DNA of 64,000 nt from an uncultured Gammaproteobacteria bacterium (GTDB lineage: Bacteria; Patescibacteriota; Microgenomatia; UBA10105; UBA927): NCBI GenBank assembly GCA_964629685.1, contig CAZVTT010000001.1, positions 81,877 through 145,876 on the forward strand. The letters run 5' to 3'. Positions within the stretch are counted from its first letter, which is position 1, and the number at the start of each line of letters is the position of its first letter. The position numbers and the translations under genes were made by a program. The notes under the pieces were generated by a model. The model was not told where the DNA came from and ran no database searches. It saw nothing but the letters and a program-made list of their open reading frames with translations. Shown piece by piece: positions 55,838 through 64,000 of this stretch.

Positions 55838-57355
55838 ATGATCGTCATTATCGACTTTGGCTCACAAACAGCACACCTTATAGGAAGAAGACTACGACAG
55901 CTAGGCGTATCCGTTGAATATGTCTATCCCGAAGACGCGTTCTCATTTGTTACTGAAAAAAAACCAGCAGGAATTATTCTTTCCGGCGGACCGGATTTTG
56001 TTGACCGTGAAGGTGCTCCCACTATTCCAAAAAACCTGTTTGAACTCGGTATCCCCGTCATGGGAATTTGCTATGGCTGGCAACTGATGTCTTACTTACT
56101 CGGCGGAGATGGAAAAATTACCACCAAAGAGTTTGGTCCGGAGACACTGCACATATCCAAACCAAAAGATATTTTTGAATTACCTAAAAAAGATTTTACG
56201 GTAATCGTTTCGCATGGATATACGGTAACCAAACTGCCACCGGGTTTCGAAACGGTCGCCTCTACCGCAACCGTAGCGTATACCGCTGCACTCAACAGTG
56301 CCAAAAAACTGTATGGCATTCAGTATCACCCTGAAGCGCAGCATACGCAATATGGAACGGAACTGCTCCAAAACTTTGCACAGAATATTTGTGGCGAAAC
56401 AATCGCTCCCCTAGCACTGAATCCCAAAGCCATAATTGCGGACATAAAAAAAACAGCAGGTACAAAAAAAGTTATTTGTGCTGTTTCCGGAGGAGTAGAC
56501 TCAACAGTAGCCGCATTTCTGATAGGAAAAGCTATTGGAAAGCAACTGGTTCCTGTTTATGTCGATTCCGGGTTTATGCGTCCGGAAACCGATCGGCGGG
56601 TAACGGAAATATTTACCAGGCTCATTAATGCTGATTTGGTTATTGTCGATGCCAAACAACGATTCCTTACGGCGTTAAAAGGAATTACGGATCCGGAACA
56701 AAAACGGAAAATTATCGGCAAACTGTATATAGATATTTTTCAGGAAGAAGCGAAAAAACATAAGGATGCCTCTTTTCTCGGACAGGGAACAATTTACTCG
56801 GATGTCATAGAATCCAAAGGAAGCAAACACGCCTCACATATTAAGTCACACCACAACGTGGGGGGCTTACCTCCTGAGCTAAAATTTACCCTCCTTGAAC
56901 CGGTACGCACCTTCTACAAAGACGAAGTGCGCGAGTTAGGCCGACTGGCAGGACTGCCGGAAGATGTAGTGCGTCAACAACCATGGCCGGGCCCCGGATA
57001 CGCCATTAACATTCGGGGAGAAGTTACCGAAAAAAGATTGAGCCAAGTCAAAGCTGCCGACTTAATCGTCGTGGAAGAAATGAAAAAAGTAGGATTGTAT
57101 GATCAGGTATATGAATGTTGGGCTGTAATGACAGGGGCTTACAGTACCGCCGTAAAAGGCGACGAGCGGGCGTTCGCGGAAGTTGTCGGCATCCGTTCTA
57201 TAGATTCTCATGACGTAATGACTGCAGAATGGACCCGTATACCTTACGACGTTTTGGGGAAAATATCGTCACGAATCGTTAATGAAGTGCCGGAAGTGTC
57301 GAGAGTGGTATATGATATAACCACCAAACCGCCGGCTACCATGCGGTGGGAATAA
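55838..57355 (+). CDS. guaA: GMP synthase (glutamine-hydrolysing)
   Basis: An N-terminal class I glutamine amidotransferase domain (MIVIIDFGSQ...GICYGWQ), then an ATP-PPase domain with the SGGVDS P-loop and the C-terminal dimerisation domain. Confidence 0.9.
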   Translation: MIVIIDFGSQTAHLIGRRLRQLGVSVEYVYPEDAFSFVTEKKPAGIILSGGPDFVDREGAPTIPKNLFELGIPVMGICYGWQLMSYLLGGDGKITTKEFGPETLHISKPKDIFELPKKDFTVIVSHGYTVTKLPPGFETVASTATVAYTAALNSAKKLYGIQYHPEAQHTQYGTELLQNFAQNICGETIAPLALNPKAIIADIKKTAGTKKVICAVSGGVDSTVAAFLIGKAIGKQLVPVYVDSGFMRPETDRRVTEIFTRLINADLVIVDAKQRFLTALKGITDPEQKRKIIGKLYIDIFQEEAKKHKDASFLGQGTIYSDVIESKGSKHASHIKSHHNVGGLPPELKFTLLEPVRTFYKDEVRELGRLAGLPEDVVRQQPWPGPGYAINIRGEVTEKRLSQVKAADLIVVEEMKKVGLYDQVYECWAVMTGAYSTAVKGDERAFAEVVGIRSIDSHDVMTAEWTRIPYDVLGKISSRIVNEVPEVSRVVYDITTKPPATMRWE

Positions 57356-57387
57356 GTTGAACGTTATACTGATACACTGTTAGCTCT

Positions 57388-58257
57388 ATGCCTATTTCCG
57401 AACAGAGTCGGGACGAATATGTTCACCAGATTGCCGGAGCGGTAAATTTCATCCGCCGGCAAATACCCGCATCATTTAATCCGAAAGTAGCCATCGTACT
57501 GGGATCCGGACTCGGAGAATTAGCGCGATTAATAGAGCCCGTAGCAGAAATTCCGTATAATCACATTCCCCTCTTCCCTACTCCCACCGTTTCCGGACAT
57601 GAAGGAAAACTGATAGCAGGGGTGTTGGCAGGTGTACCTATCCTCGGATTCAAAGGCCGTAAACATTATTACGAAGTGGCACATCTGTTCCGACCGATGA
57701 ACCACGTAGTTTTTCCGGTTCATGTTGCTGCCGAACTGGGATGCAAACTATATATAGCCACCAATGCCGCCGGAGGTTTAAACCCCAGGTATCACGTAGG
57801 CGATATTATGATGCTCCGGTCGCATATCGGTTTTTTCATTCCCAATCCCCTTCTCGGTCCGCACCATGACTTTAACGGGAACGAGTATTTTCAACCGTTA
57901 GCAGATATCTATCCGGAAAGCCTGCGGAAATTATTTAGTGCAGGAAATAACACAATACAGGAAGGCGTTTATGCTGCCGTTACGGGAAGAACGTTCGAAA
58001 CTCAGGCAGAATGCCTACTATTACGGACACTGGGAGCCGATGCCGTCGGAATGTCCACGGTTCCCGAAATTATCGTAGCCAGAAACCGGGGAATGGATAC
58101 GTTCGCTGCATCAATTATCACCAATATCATTGCGGAAGACGGAACAAACGCTACAAACCACACAGAAGTCTCAGCAATACTCAAAAGTAAACAGACGGAA
58201 CAAAAACTTTTCGATATATTCCGTGCTTTCTTCGAAAAATTACACGACCGTTATTGA
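57388..58257 (+). CDS. Purine nucleoside phosphorylase / MTAP family (PNP-UDP phosphorylase family 1)
   Basis: VAIVLGSGLG phosphate-binding motif and GADAVGMSTVPE, characteristic of PunA/MTAP-type trimeric phosphorylases. Confidence 0.75.
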   Translation: MPISEQSRDEYVHQIAGAVNFIRRQIPASFNPKVAIVLGSGLGELARLIEPVAEIPYNHIPLFPTPTVSGHEGKLIAGVLAGVPILGFKGRKHYYEVAHLFRPMNHVVFPVHVAAELGCKLYIATNAAGGLNPRYHVGDIMMLRSHIGFFIPNPLLGPHHDFNGNEYFQPLADIYPESLRKLFSAGNNTIQEGVYAAVTGRTFETQAECLLLRTLGADAVGMSTVPEIIVARNRGMDTFAASIITNIIAEDGTNATNHTEVSAILKSKQTEQKLFDIFRAFFEKLHDRY

Positions 58258-59744
58258 GGTTTATTGATAACCGTAGACTTAATACGGCTCATGGCTTCCA
58301 GTGAATATCGTACACCCTGCACGCCCAAACCGGAATCCCGTACGCCTAAAAACGGAAAATGATCCGGACCACGCTGCGGTGAACCGTTTACCTGCACGGT
58401 TCCCACATTTAATCGTTTGGCAAACACCATGCCCGTACCCTCGTCTTTGGTAAATACGCAAGCCTGCAGACCGAAACGGGAAGCATTTACGGTTTCTACA
58501 GCTTCATCCATACTGTTTATCACGATAAAAGAAATAACCGGCCCGAACACTTCTGTAGCCACAACGTTCATTGTCGGCTTAACATTCTTCAACAATGTTG
58601 GCTCTATAAACGCGTTATTACGTTTACCCCCGGTTATAACTTCTGCTCCCTGAGAAATTGCTTCATTAATCACGTCTTCTATATGAATGGCTTCTTTCTC
58701 ATTTACAACCGGCCCCACTAATTTTGTTTCCGGACTGCGCGGATCACCCATATGTACCAGAGTCTGCATTTGTTTTTGAATCTCCGGAATTAACTGATCC
58801 AATACCGCCTGAGTTGCCATAACATATTTAATAGCGGTACACCGTTGCCCCGCATAGGAAAATCCGCCTTTTATAATTTCCTTTGCTGTTAAACTCATGT
58901 CCGCATCAGGAAAAACTACTGCCGGATTGTTCCCGCCACATTCAAATACTAAAGCCTTCATTCCGGCAGTTTTCGCAATATGCTGGCCGGTATCACTGTT
59001 TCCGGTAAACGTAATCATGTTTACTTTCCGATGTCCTGATACATAATCTCCTATATCCGCTCCGCCACCGGTCACACAACTGAGTACCCCTTCAGGTACA
59101 CCGGCCTTCTCAAAAATCCGTGTCAAATGAACACCGCTAATGGCACCCTGAGTCGGTGGTTTAAACACTACGGCATTTCCCATTAACAACGCCGGAGCAA
59201 GTTTGCTGGCAGAAAGGTTTACGGGATAATTAAAGGGAGCAATAGCCAAAACAACACCGTAAGCTGCCCGTTCCATCATGGCAATTCTGCCCTTATCAAA
59301 TCCGGGGAAGTTATCACTATCCAATTCTTCACCGCGAATAGCATGCGCTTCATCGGCAAAATAGTCGGTTAAATCGGCAGTACGAATAATTTCGCTCTTT
59401 GCTTCTTCGTGAGACTTCCCTACCTCCTTCACGAGTATTGCCGTCAGATAATCCTGATACTGCCGTATCCAATCAGCAGCTAAATGAATAATTTTTATGC
59501 GCTGATACAACGGGGTAGCTTCCCAAAGTCTCTGTGCGTTCACTGCCCGTTCCATTACCGCATCAATTTCTTCATGCGTCACAACCTGAATGCTACCGAC
59601 AACTTCATTATCAATCGGTGATTTAATTTCGACTGATTTTCCGCTTGAACTATCAACCCATTCCTTCCCGTTAAAATATTTGTAGGTCGGAGGGGTCTGG
59701 TGATTACTGATTGCGTCAAAAATTTCGTCTGCCATATATATCAA
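58251..59744 (-). CDS. NAD(P)-dependent aldehyde dehydrogenase (GapN-like non-phosphorylating type)
   Basis: 497 aa. ALDH glutamate-site and cysteine-site motifs (LFECGGNNPAVVFPDAD and FSYAGQRCTA) and the FTGNSDTG NAD-binding motif. Confidence 0.75.
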   Translation of the reverse strand: MIYMADEIFDAISNHQTPPTYKYFNGKEWVDSSSGKSVEIKSPIDNEVVGSIQVVTHEEIDAVMERAVNAQRLWEATPLYQRIKIIHLAADWIRQYQDYLTAILVKEVGKSHEEAKSEIIRTADLTDYFADEAHAIRGEELDSDNFPGFDKGRIAMMERAAYGVVLAIAPFNYPVNLSASKLAPALLMGNAVVFKPPTQGAISGVHLTRIFEKAGVPEGVLSCVTGGGADIGDYVSGHRKVNMITFTGNSDTGQHIAKTAGMKALVFECGGNNPAVVFPDADMSLTAKEIIKGGFSYAGQRCTAIKYVMATQAVLDQLIPEIQKQMQTLVHMGDPRSPETKLVGPVVNEKEAIHIEDVINEAISQGAEVITGGKRNNAFIEPTLLKNVKPTMNVVATEVFGPVISFIVINSMDEAVETVNASRFGLQACVFTKDEGTGMVFAKRLNVGTVQVNGSPQRGPDHFPFLGVRDSGLGVQGVRYSLEAMSRIKSTVINKPQ

Positions 59745-59785
59745 CAGTACGGAGATACGGAATAAATGTCAACTCTATCAAGTGA

Positions 59786-60538
59786 TTAGTATTGCCCGTT
59801 TAAAGGCGCCGGAACACGTTTCACCAAACAAGCCGCCAGATTACCTTCACTGCCATGAAGCAATGCCCTGCGCACCAATTCGGAAGCAACCGTTTTCAAA
59901 CCAGCCTCCTCGTTTGGTGTTTGTAAAACCAATTCATCAAGATCAGAAGACAATAAATAATCTGCCACACCCTTCGTCATCACCAGTAATGTATCGCCCG
60001 TCAGGAATCTGTCGCCTACAAAGTAAGGAATCAACCCTAGCCGCTGACGCCCCAGTACGTTTAATTCTTCGCCATGCACCTCATCGGTTATTTTCGTAAC
60101 GTAGTGGATACAATTATCCCGTATCAGCAGTGCATGACTATCACCGGCTGTTCCTACCCAAAAATTACGGGGTCCAAAAATCGCTACCAACAAATTACTT
60201 AGTAAACCAGACCGATATGTTGATTCCTTCTGTTTCTGCCAGATACTCAAATTTACCGTACGGAAAATCCGTTTCATGAATAGTTTTTTGTCTTCCCAAT
60301 AGAAGGGGCGGGTGCGCACCAATTTATACGCCCACACCGCGGTTTCCGCGGCATGTTTGGCCGCAGTTGCTCCATTGGGAAATTCAGATATACCGTCTGC
60401 AAGCGCCAGACATTCATCGGAGAATACGGCAACCGAATCCTGCCGGGCTGGAGGATTTCCTCCCTGCTGTACGATTGCGATACAGATGACTTCTTTGGGT
60501 GAAGCCATTCTCAATAAGAGAGGGTCCGGAATATTCAT
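59786..60538 (-). CDS. PP2C-family (PPM) Ser/Thr protein phosphatase
   Basis: VGTAGDSHALLIRD and DTLLVMTKGVADYL, ending with ...GSEGNLAACLVK, follow the PPM motif layout. The start is trimmed to an internal Met to avoid overlapping sod. Confidence 0.5.
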   Translation of the reverse strand: MNIPDPLLLRMASPKEVICIAIVQQGGNPPARQDSVAVFSDECLALADGISEFPNGATAAKHAAETAVWAYKLVRTRPFYWEDKKLFMKRIFRTVNLSIWQKQKESTYRSGLLSNLLVAIFGPRNFWVGTAGDSHALLIRDNCIHYVTKITDEVHGEELNVLGRQRLGLIPYFVGDRFLTGDTLLVMTKGVADYLLSSDLDELVLQTPNEEAGLKTVASELVRRALLHGSEGNLAACLVKRVPAPLNGQY

Positions 60539-60542
60539 CGGC

Positions 60543-61154
60543 TTATGCCTGTTGAAGTTGAGCAAAACGCCGTTCAACTGTTTTCCAGTTTACGACCTGC
60601 CACCAATTTGTAACGTATTCTACCCGTCTATTCTGATACTTTAGATAGTAGGCATGTTCCCAAACATCTAGTCCCAGCAGGGCCTGTTTTCCTTCCAGAA
60701 TCGGATGATCCTGATTGGCAGTACTTATCACTGATAATGTTTTACCATCCAGAACCAACCAGGCCCAACCACTACCGAATCTGTTCAATGCCGTCTGATT
60801 AAAAAGTTCCTGAAACTCCTTAAAACTACCGAAAGCAGAATCTATTGCGGCACCAAGTATACCCGACGGTAATCCCCCGGCGTTAGGTCCCATACTTTCC
60901 CAGAACTGACAGTGGTTAGCGTGCCCCCCGCCGTTATTGCGGACCTTAATCCGAATCGCTTCAGGCAGATCGTTCAGGTGCTGCAGCAATTCCACCACAT
61001 CCATTCGTAAAAACTTCTCTTGGCCGGCAAGTACTTCGTTCAAATTCTTTATATACGTAGCGTGATGCCGCTCATGATGAATATGCATAGTGGTCTCATC
61101 AATGTGAGGTTCAAGCGCATTGTAGGCATATGGTAGTGCGGGTAAAGTAAACAT
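60543..61154 (-). CDS. sodA: Fe/Mn superoxide dismutase
   Basis: The N-terminus FTLPALPYAYNALEPHIDETTMHIHHERHHATYIKNLN is the classic Fe/Mn-SOD signature. The C-terminal DVWEHAYYL motif is also present. Confidence 0.85.
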   Translation of the reverse strand: MFTLPALPYAYNALEPHIDETTMHIHHERHHATYIKNLNEVLAGQEKFLRMDVVELLQHLNDLPEAIRIKVRNNGGGHANHCQFWESMGPNAGGLPSGILGAAIDSAFGSFKEFQELFNQTALNRFGSGWAWLVLDGKTLSVISTANQDHPILEGKQALLGLDVWEHAYYLKYQNRRVEYVTNWWQVVNWKTVERRFAQLQQA

Positions 61155-61303
61155 AGCCCCTCCTTATTTTAAATTTTTTTACACGTCAGTTTCTTGTGTG
61201 TTCCATTGTACTACATGCAATCAAATGAGCCGCAACCCGGTTATAGAGATTGTTTTAACCGTCCAATGCGACAAATCAATCTCTTCGATATATAATTAAA
61301 GCC

Positions 61304-63574
61304 ATGTCAAAACGGAAAAAGAAAAATCCGCAGTCCAGAATAAGTCTTCCCAATTTTCAACAAAAACCGATGTTGTTATTACCGGCTCCGCGAAAAAAAC
61401 AACTATTTCGTCGCTTTCGTGTTAAACGACCCATTATATATCTCTTCTGGCTTATTCCTCTGATTATGTTGGGAACATTTTATTGGTTTTTTCTGAAAGA
61501 TCTTCCTTCTGCCACCGAGCTCAGTTCGCATGAAATTCCCCTCGCAACCAAAGTATATGACCGGAACGGCACACTTCTGTATGACATCTTTGCTGATCAG
61601 AACAGGACGTACGTTCCGCTAAGTGACATTCCGAAACATGTACAGCAGGCCACTATTGCAATTGAGGATAAAGACTTTTACCGACATTCTGGTGTCAGCC
61701 CGATTGGCGGAATACTTCGGGCGGCAACCGCGACGCTCACGGGAAAAACCTTGCAGGGAGGCTCAACCATCACTCAACAATTGGTGAAAACAGTATTATT
61801 AACACCTGAACGCACGGTCCAGAGGAAAGTTCGGGAAATTATTCTGGCGTATTGGGTAGAGTTAATATACTCAAAAGATAAAATTCTGGAATTGTATTTG
61901 AACCAGGTTCCGTACGGTGGTACGGCATGGGGTATAGAAACAGCAGCACAAAAATATTTCGGTAAACGTGCGAAAGATTTAACGCTTGCGGAAGCATCGC
62001 TTTTGGCAGGTCTCCCACAAGCCCCGTCACTCTATTCTCCATATGGCGCCAATCCTGATCTGGCCAAAAACCGTCAACACGAAGTTCTGCGCAGAATGGT
62101 TGAAGACGGATATATTACCAAAGATGAGGCAGAGTTGGCCAAACAGGAAGAATTAACCTTTCTCCCCAATCAAAACATTCTTGCCCCACACTTTGTTATG
62201 TACGTAAAAGAGCAATTGGAAGAAAAATACGGCGTACATATGGTCGAACGCGGAGGATTAAAAGTTATCACCACACTAGATCTTACGTTGCAGGAGTATG
62301 CCCAGGCCACGGTTGCGGGAGAGGTCGAGAAGATAAAGAATCTAAAGGTCAGTAATGGTGCGGCACTTATTACGAGACCGGCCACCGGAGAAATTCTGGC
62401 AATGATCGGCAGCACTGATTATTTTGCTACTCCATCCGGTAGCTTTAACGTCACAACTGCATTACGACAACCTGGTTCTTCTATAAAACCCATAAATTAT
62501 GCTATCGGCATAGAGAAAAAGATTGTAACGGCTGGAACTATGTTTTTGGATATTCCCACCTGCTTTACCGTCACGGGTCAGCCACTGTATTGTCCGAAAA
62601 ACTATGACGGTAAATTTCATGGTCCTGTTCAGCTCCGCATGGCTTTAGGAAACTCGTTTAATATTCCGGCAGTTAAAATGCTTTATCTTAACTCCGTCCC
62701 TGATATGATCGCGTCTGCAAGTGCTTTTGGCATAAATACGTTTACGGATGCCTCCCGGTATGGACTTTCACTTACGCTGGGTGGAGGTGAAGTGCGGATG
62801 ACCGATATGACAGAAGCTTTTAGCGTATTTGCCAACGGCGGTATCCGTAAGGACCTTGTATCTATTTTAAAAGTTACGGATAAGGACGGAAAAGTATTGG
62901 AGGAATATCAAGATCCTAACGTCGGCAAAGAAAACCCATCGCAGTTACTTATACAGGGTCCACGGGTTGTTTCACCTGAAACTGCATTCCTGATTTCTCA
63001 TATCTTACTTGATAATAATGCCCGCCAGGAAGCTTTTGGCCCCAGCTCGGCATTGGTTATACCCGGACATGCCGTGTCCGTAAAGACCGGTACAACAGAT
63101 GACCGCAGAGATAATTGGACGGCAGGATACACACCGCAATATCTGGTCATTACCTGGGTAGGAAATAACGATAATTCCGCCATGAATTCTGCACTCGTTT
63201 CTGGAGTTACCGGCGCTGCTCCCATATGGAATAAACTCATGAAACACCTCTTGGAAGGGAAACCGGATGTTTGGCCAAAACAACCGGACGGCATAGTAGG
63301 TGCCACCATTTGCGCATCAACTGGCCTACTTCCCCCCTCTGCCGATAACCCCAGTTGTCCGACCAGGTACGAATACTTTATTAAGGGGACGGTTCCAACC
63401 CAGGCGGAAAATCTTAAACAGGCTGTATTTATCGACAAAACCACCGGAGACATTGCTCAGCCAAACCAAGTTGATAATATAGAACCGCAGGAGAAACTTA
63501 TTATGAAGGACGGGGTATCTTCCTGGTGCGTAGATTGCAATCACGACAATTCAAAACCGGTAATAATAAAATAA
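61304..63574 (+). CDS. Class A penicillin-binding protein (bifunctional transglycosylase/transpeptidase, PBP1A-like)
   Basis: An N-terminal TM helix. The GT51 motifs read IAIEDKDFYRHSGV, GGSTITQQLVK and RKVREIILA. The transpeptidase motifs are SSIKP, SFN and KTGTT. Confidence 0.85.
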   Translation: MSKRKKKNPQSRISLPNFQQKPMLLLPAPRKKQLFRRFRVKRPIIYLFWLIPLIMLGTFYWFFLKDLPSATELSSHEIPLATKVYDRNGTLLYDIFADQNRTYVPLSDIPKHVQQATIAIEDKDFYRHSGVSPIGGILRAATATLTGKTLQGGSTITQQLVKTVLLTPERTVQRKVREIILAYWVELIYSKDKILELYLNQVPYGGTAWGIETAAQKYFGKRAKDLTLAEASLLAGLPQAPSLYSPYGANPDLAKNRQHEVLRRMVEDGYITKDEAELAKQEELTFLPNQNILAPHFVMYVKEQLEEKYGVHMVERGGLKVITTLDLTLQEYAQATVAGEVEKIKNLKVSNGAALITRPATGEILAMIGSTDYFATPSGSFNVTTALRQPGSSIKPINYAIGIEKKIVTAGTMFLDIPTCFTVTGQPLYCPKNYDGKFHGPVQLRMALGNSFNIPAVKMLYLNSVPDMIASASAFGINTFTDASRYGLSLTLGGGEVRMTDMTEAFSVFANGGIRKDLVSILKVTDKDGKVLEEYQDPNVGKENPSQLLIQGPRVVSPETAFLISHILLDNNARQEAFGPSSALVIPGHAVSVKTGTTDDRRDNWTAGYTPQYLVITWVGNNDNSAMNSALVSGVTGAAPIWNKLMKHLLEGKPDVWPKQPDGIVGATICASTGLLPPSADNPSCPTRYEYFIKGTVPTQAENLKQAVFIDKTTGDIAQPNQVDNIEPQEKLIMKDGVSSWCVDCNHDNSKPVIIK

Positions 63575-63682
63575 CACTCCCCTCTTGACTCTTTCGGTAA
63601 CGATTCGTTAAATGAACCTATACCCGGTCACTTACGTTTGCGTCACCACGTGTTTATTTCAAAAAGTAGAAAACTACACACA

Positions 63683-63711
63683 GCTCTTGTCTGAGCCCAT
63701 AGTTTGTGGTA
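63683..63711 (+). promoter_or_regulatory. Candidate sigma70-like promoter (ttgtct-N17-tataac) in the 3' intergenic region
   Basis: A sequence match only. No convincing downstream ORF lies within the window. Confidence 0.2.
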
Positions 63712-64000
63712 TAACAACGCTCTATGGCCCGCAATAAAGACAGTATTAACCATGCGTATTTTTTACGGATCTTTCTAAAGATACTGTTCTTTGTTCCCAA
63801 AATACTTATCGGAATCGGAGACGTAATACTCCGAACCCTTTCTGCTTTCCGTTATTCGATACTTAAAGCCTATAAAATATTCATCGTGACAAAACGTTCT
63901 CCGCAGACGAAAATAGCAGCGACTCAATTTTCCAAACATTCACTCCAACCGGTTTTTGTCAGGACAGAGGCAATTAACAAAAAAAAGTCACTATCTCCTG

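Noticed and set aside
1-64000. CRISPR arrays, rRNA genes, IS elements with terminal inverted repeats
   Set aside because: No regularly spaced direct repeats, no rRNA-like conserved stretches and no transposase-like ORFs were seen on visual inspection.

Overview
This 64 kb window looks like part of a small, streamlined bacterial chromosome. GC content is moderate, and the gene content resembles Patescibacteria/CPR-type genomes, but that is my inference, not a measurement. About 60 genes are tightly packed, mostly on the minus strand.

Recognisable genes, in order:
- Cell-wall synthesis: a partial MurE-like Mur ligase and murD.
- A lipid kinase, an NAD(P)H-hydrate dehydratase, recF and an archaeal-type UMP kinase (pyrH).
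- An operon of a protein with a C-terminal OmpR-type winged helix, but no receiver domain, followed by a 713-aa protein of unknown function.
- An ATP-grasp/nucleotidyltransferase fusion gene, divergently paired with a second, divergent UMP-kinase-like paralog.
- mutM and a 707-aa orphan.
- A glycosylation cluster (GT4 plus two GT-C membrane transferases), with a stand-alone 5'-3' exonuclease and ftsH.
- A TrpRS fused to a C-terminal tRNA-binding domain, then a two-gene cassette of unknown function.
- An RNA-rich intergenic region with a tRNA(CAT) carrying a C1:A72 mismatch.
- A probable horizontally acquired block: a secreted GH5 glycosidase with a Pro/Thr linker and a CBM2-like domain, a GC-rich TPM-domain membrane protein, and another secreted protein.
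- A second tRNA-Met(CAT), immediately followed by a tyrosine recombinase, idi, and a tRNA-Ile(UAU).
- A five-gene minus-strand cluster: a Cys-rich exported protein, an ATP-grasp ligase, a membrane-anchored VirD4/TraD-like ATPase, a small Pro/Val-rich protein and a 757-aa unknown. This is the best candidate for an undescribed system, possibly a cargo module of an integrated element.
- A cobalamin salvage module (ECF S-component-like, DUF4430-like, PduO adenosyltransferase) beside the B12-dependent class II RNR nrdJ and nrdR.
- A nucleotide salvage island (NMP kinase-like, two PRTase-like proteins, deoxynucleoside kinase, guaA, purine nucleoside phosphorylase).
- A GapN-like aldehyde dehydrogenase, a PP2C phosphatase, Fe/Mn superoxide dismutase and a class A PBP.

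No CRISPR array or rRNA was seen. All calls rest on reading motifs by eye; no database search was possible. The start coordinates I trimmed relative to the ORF track are estimates (about +/- a few codons). The tRNA and small-motif coordinates are approximately +/-2 nt.
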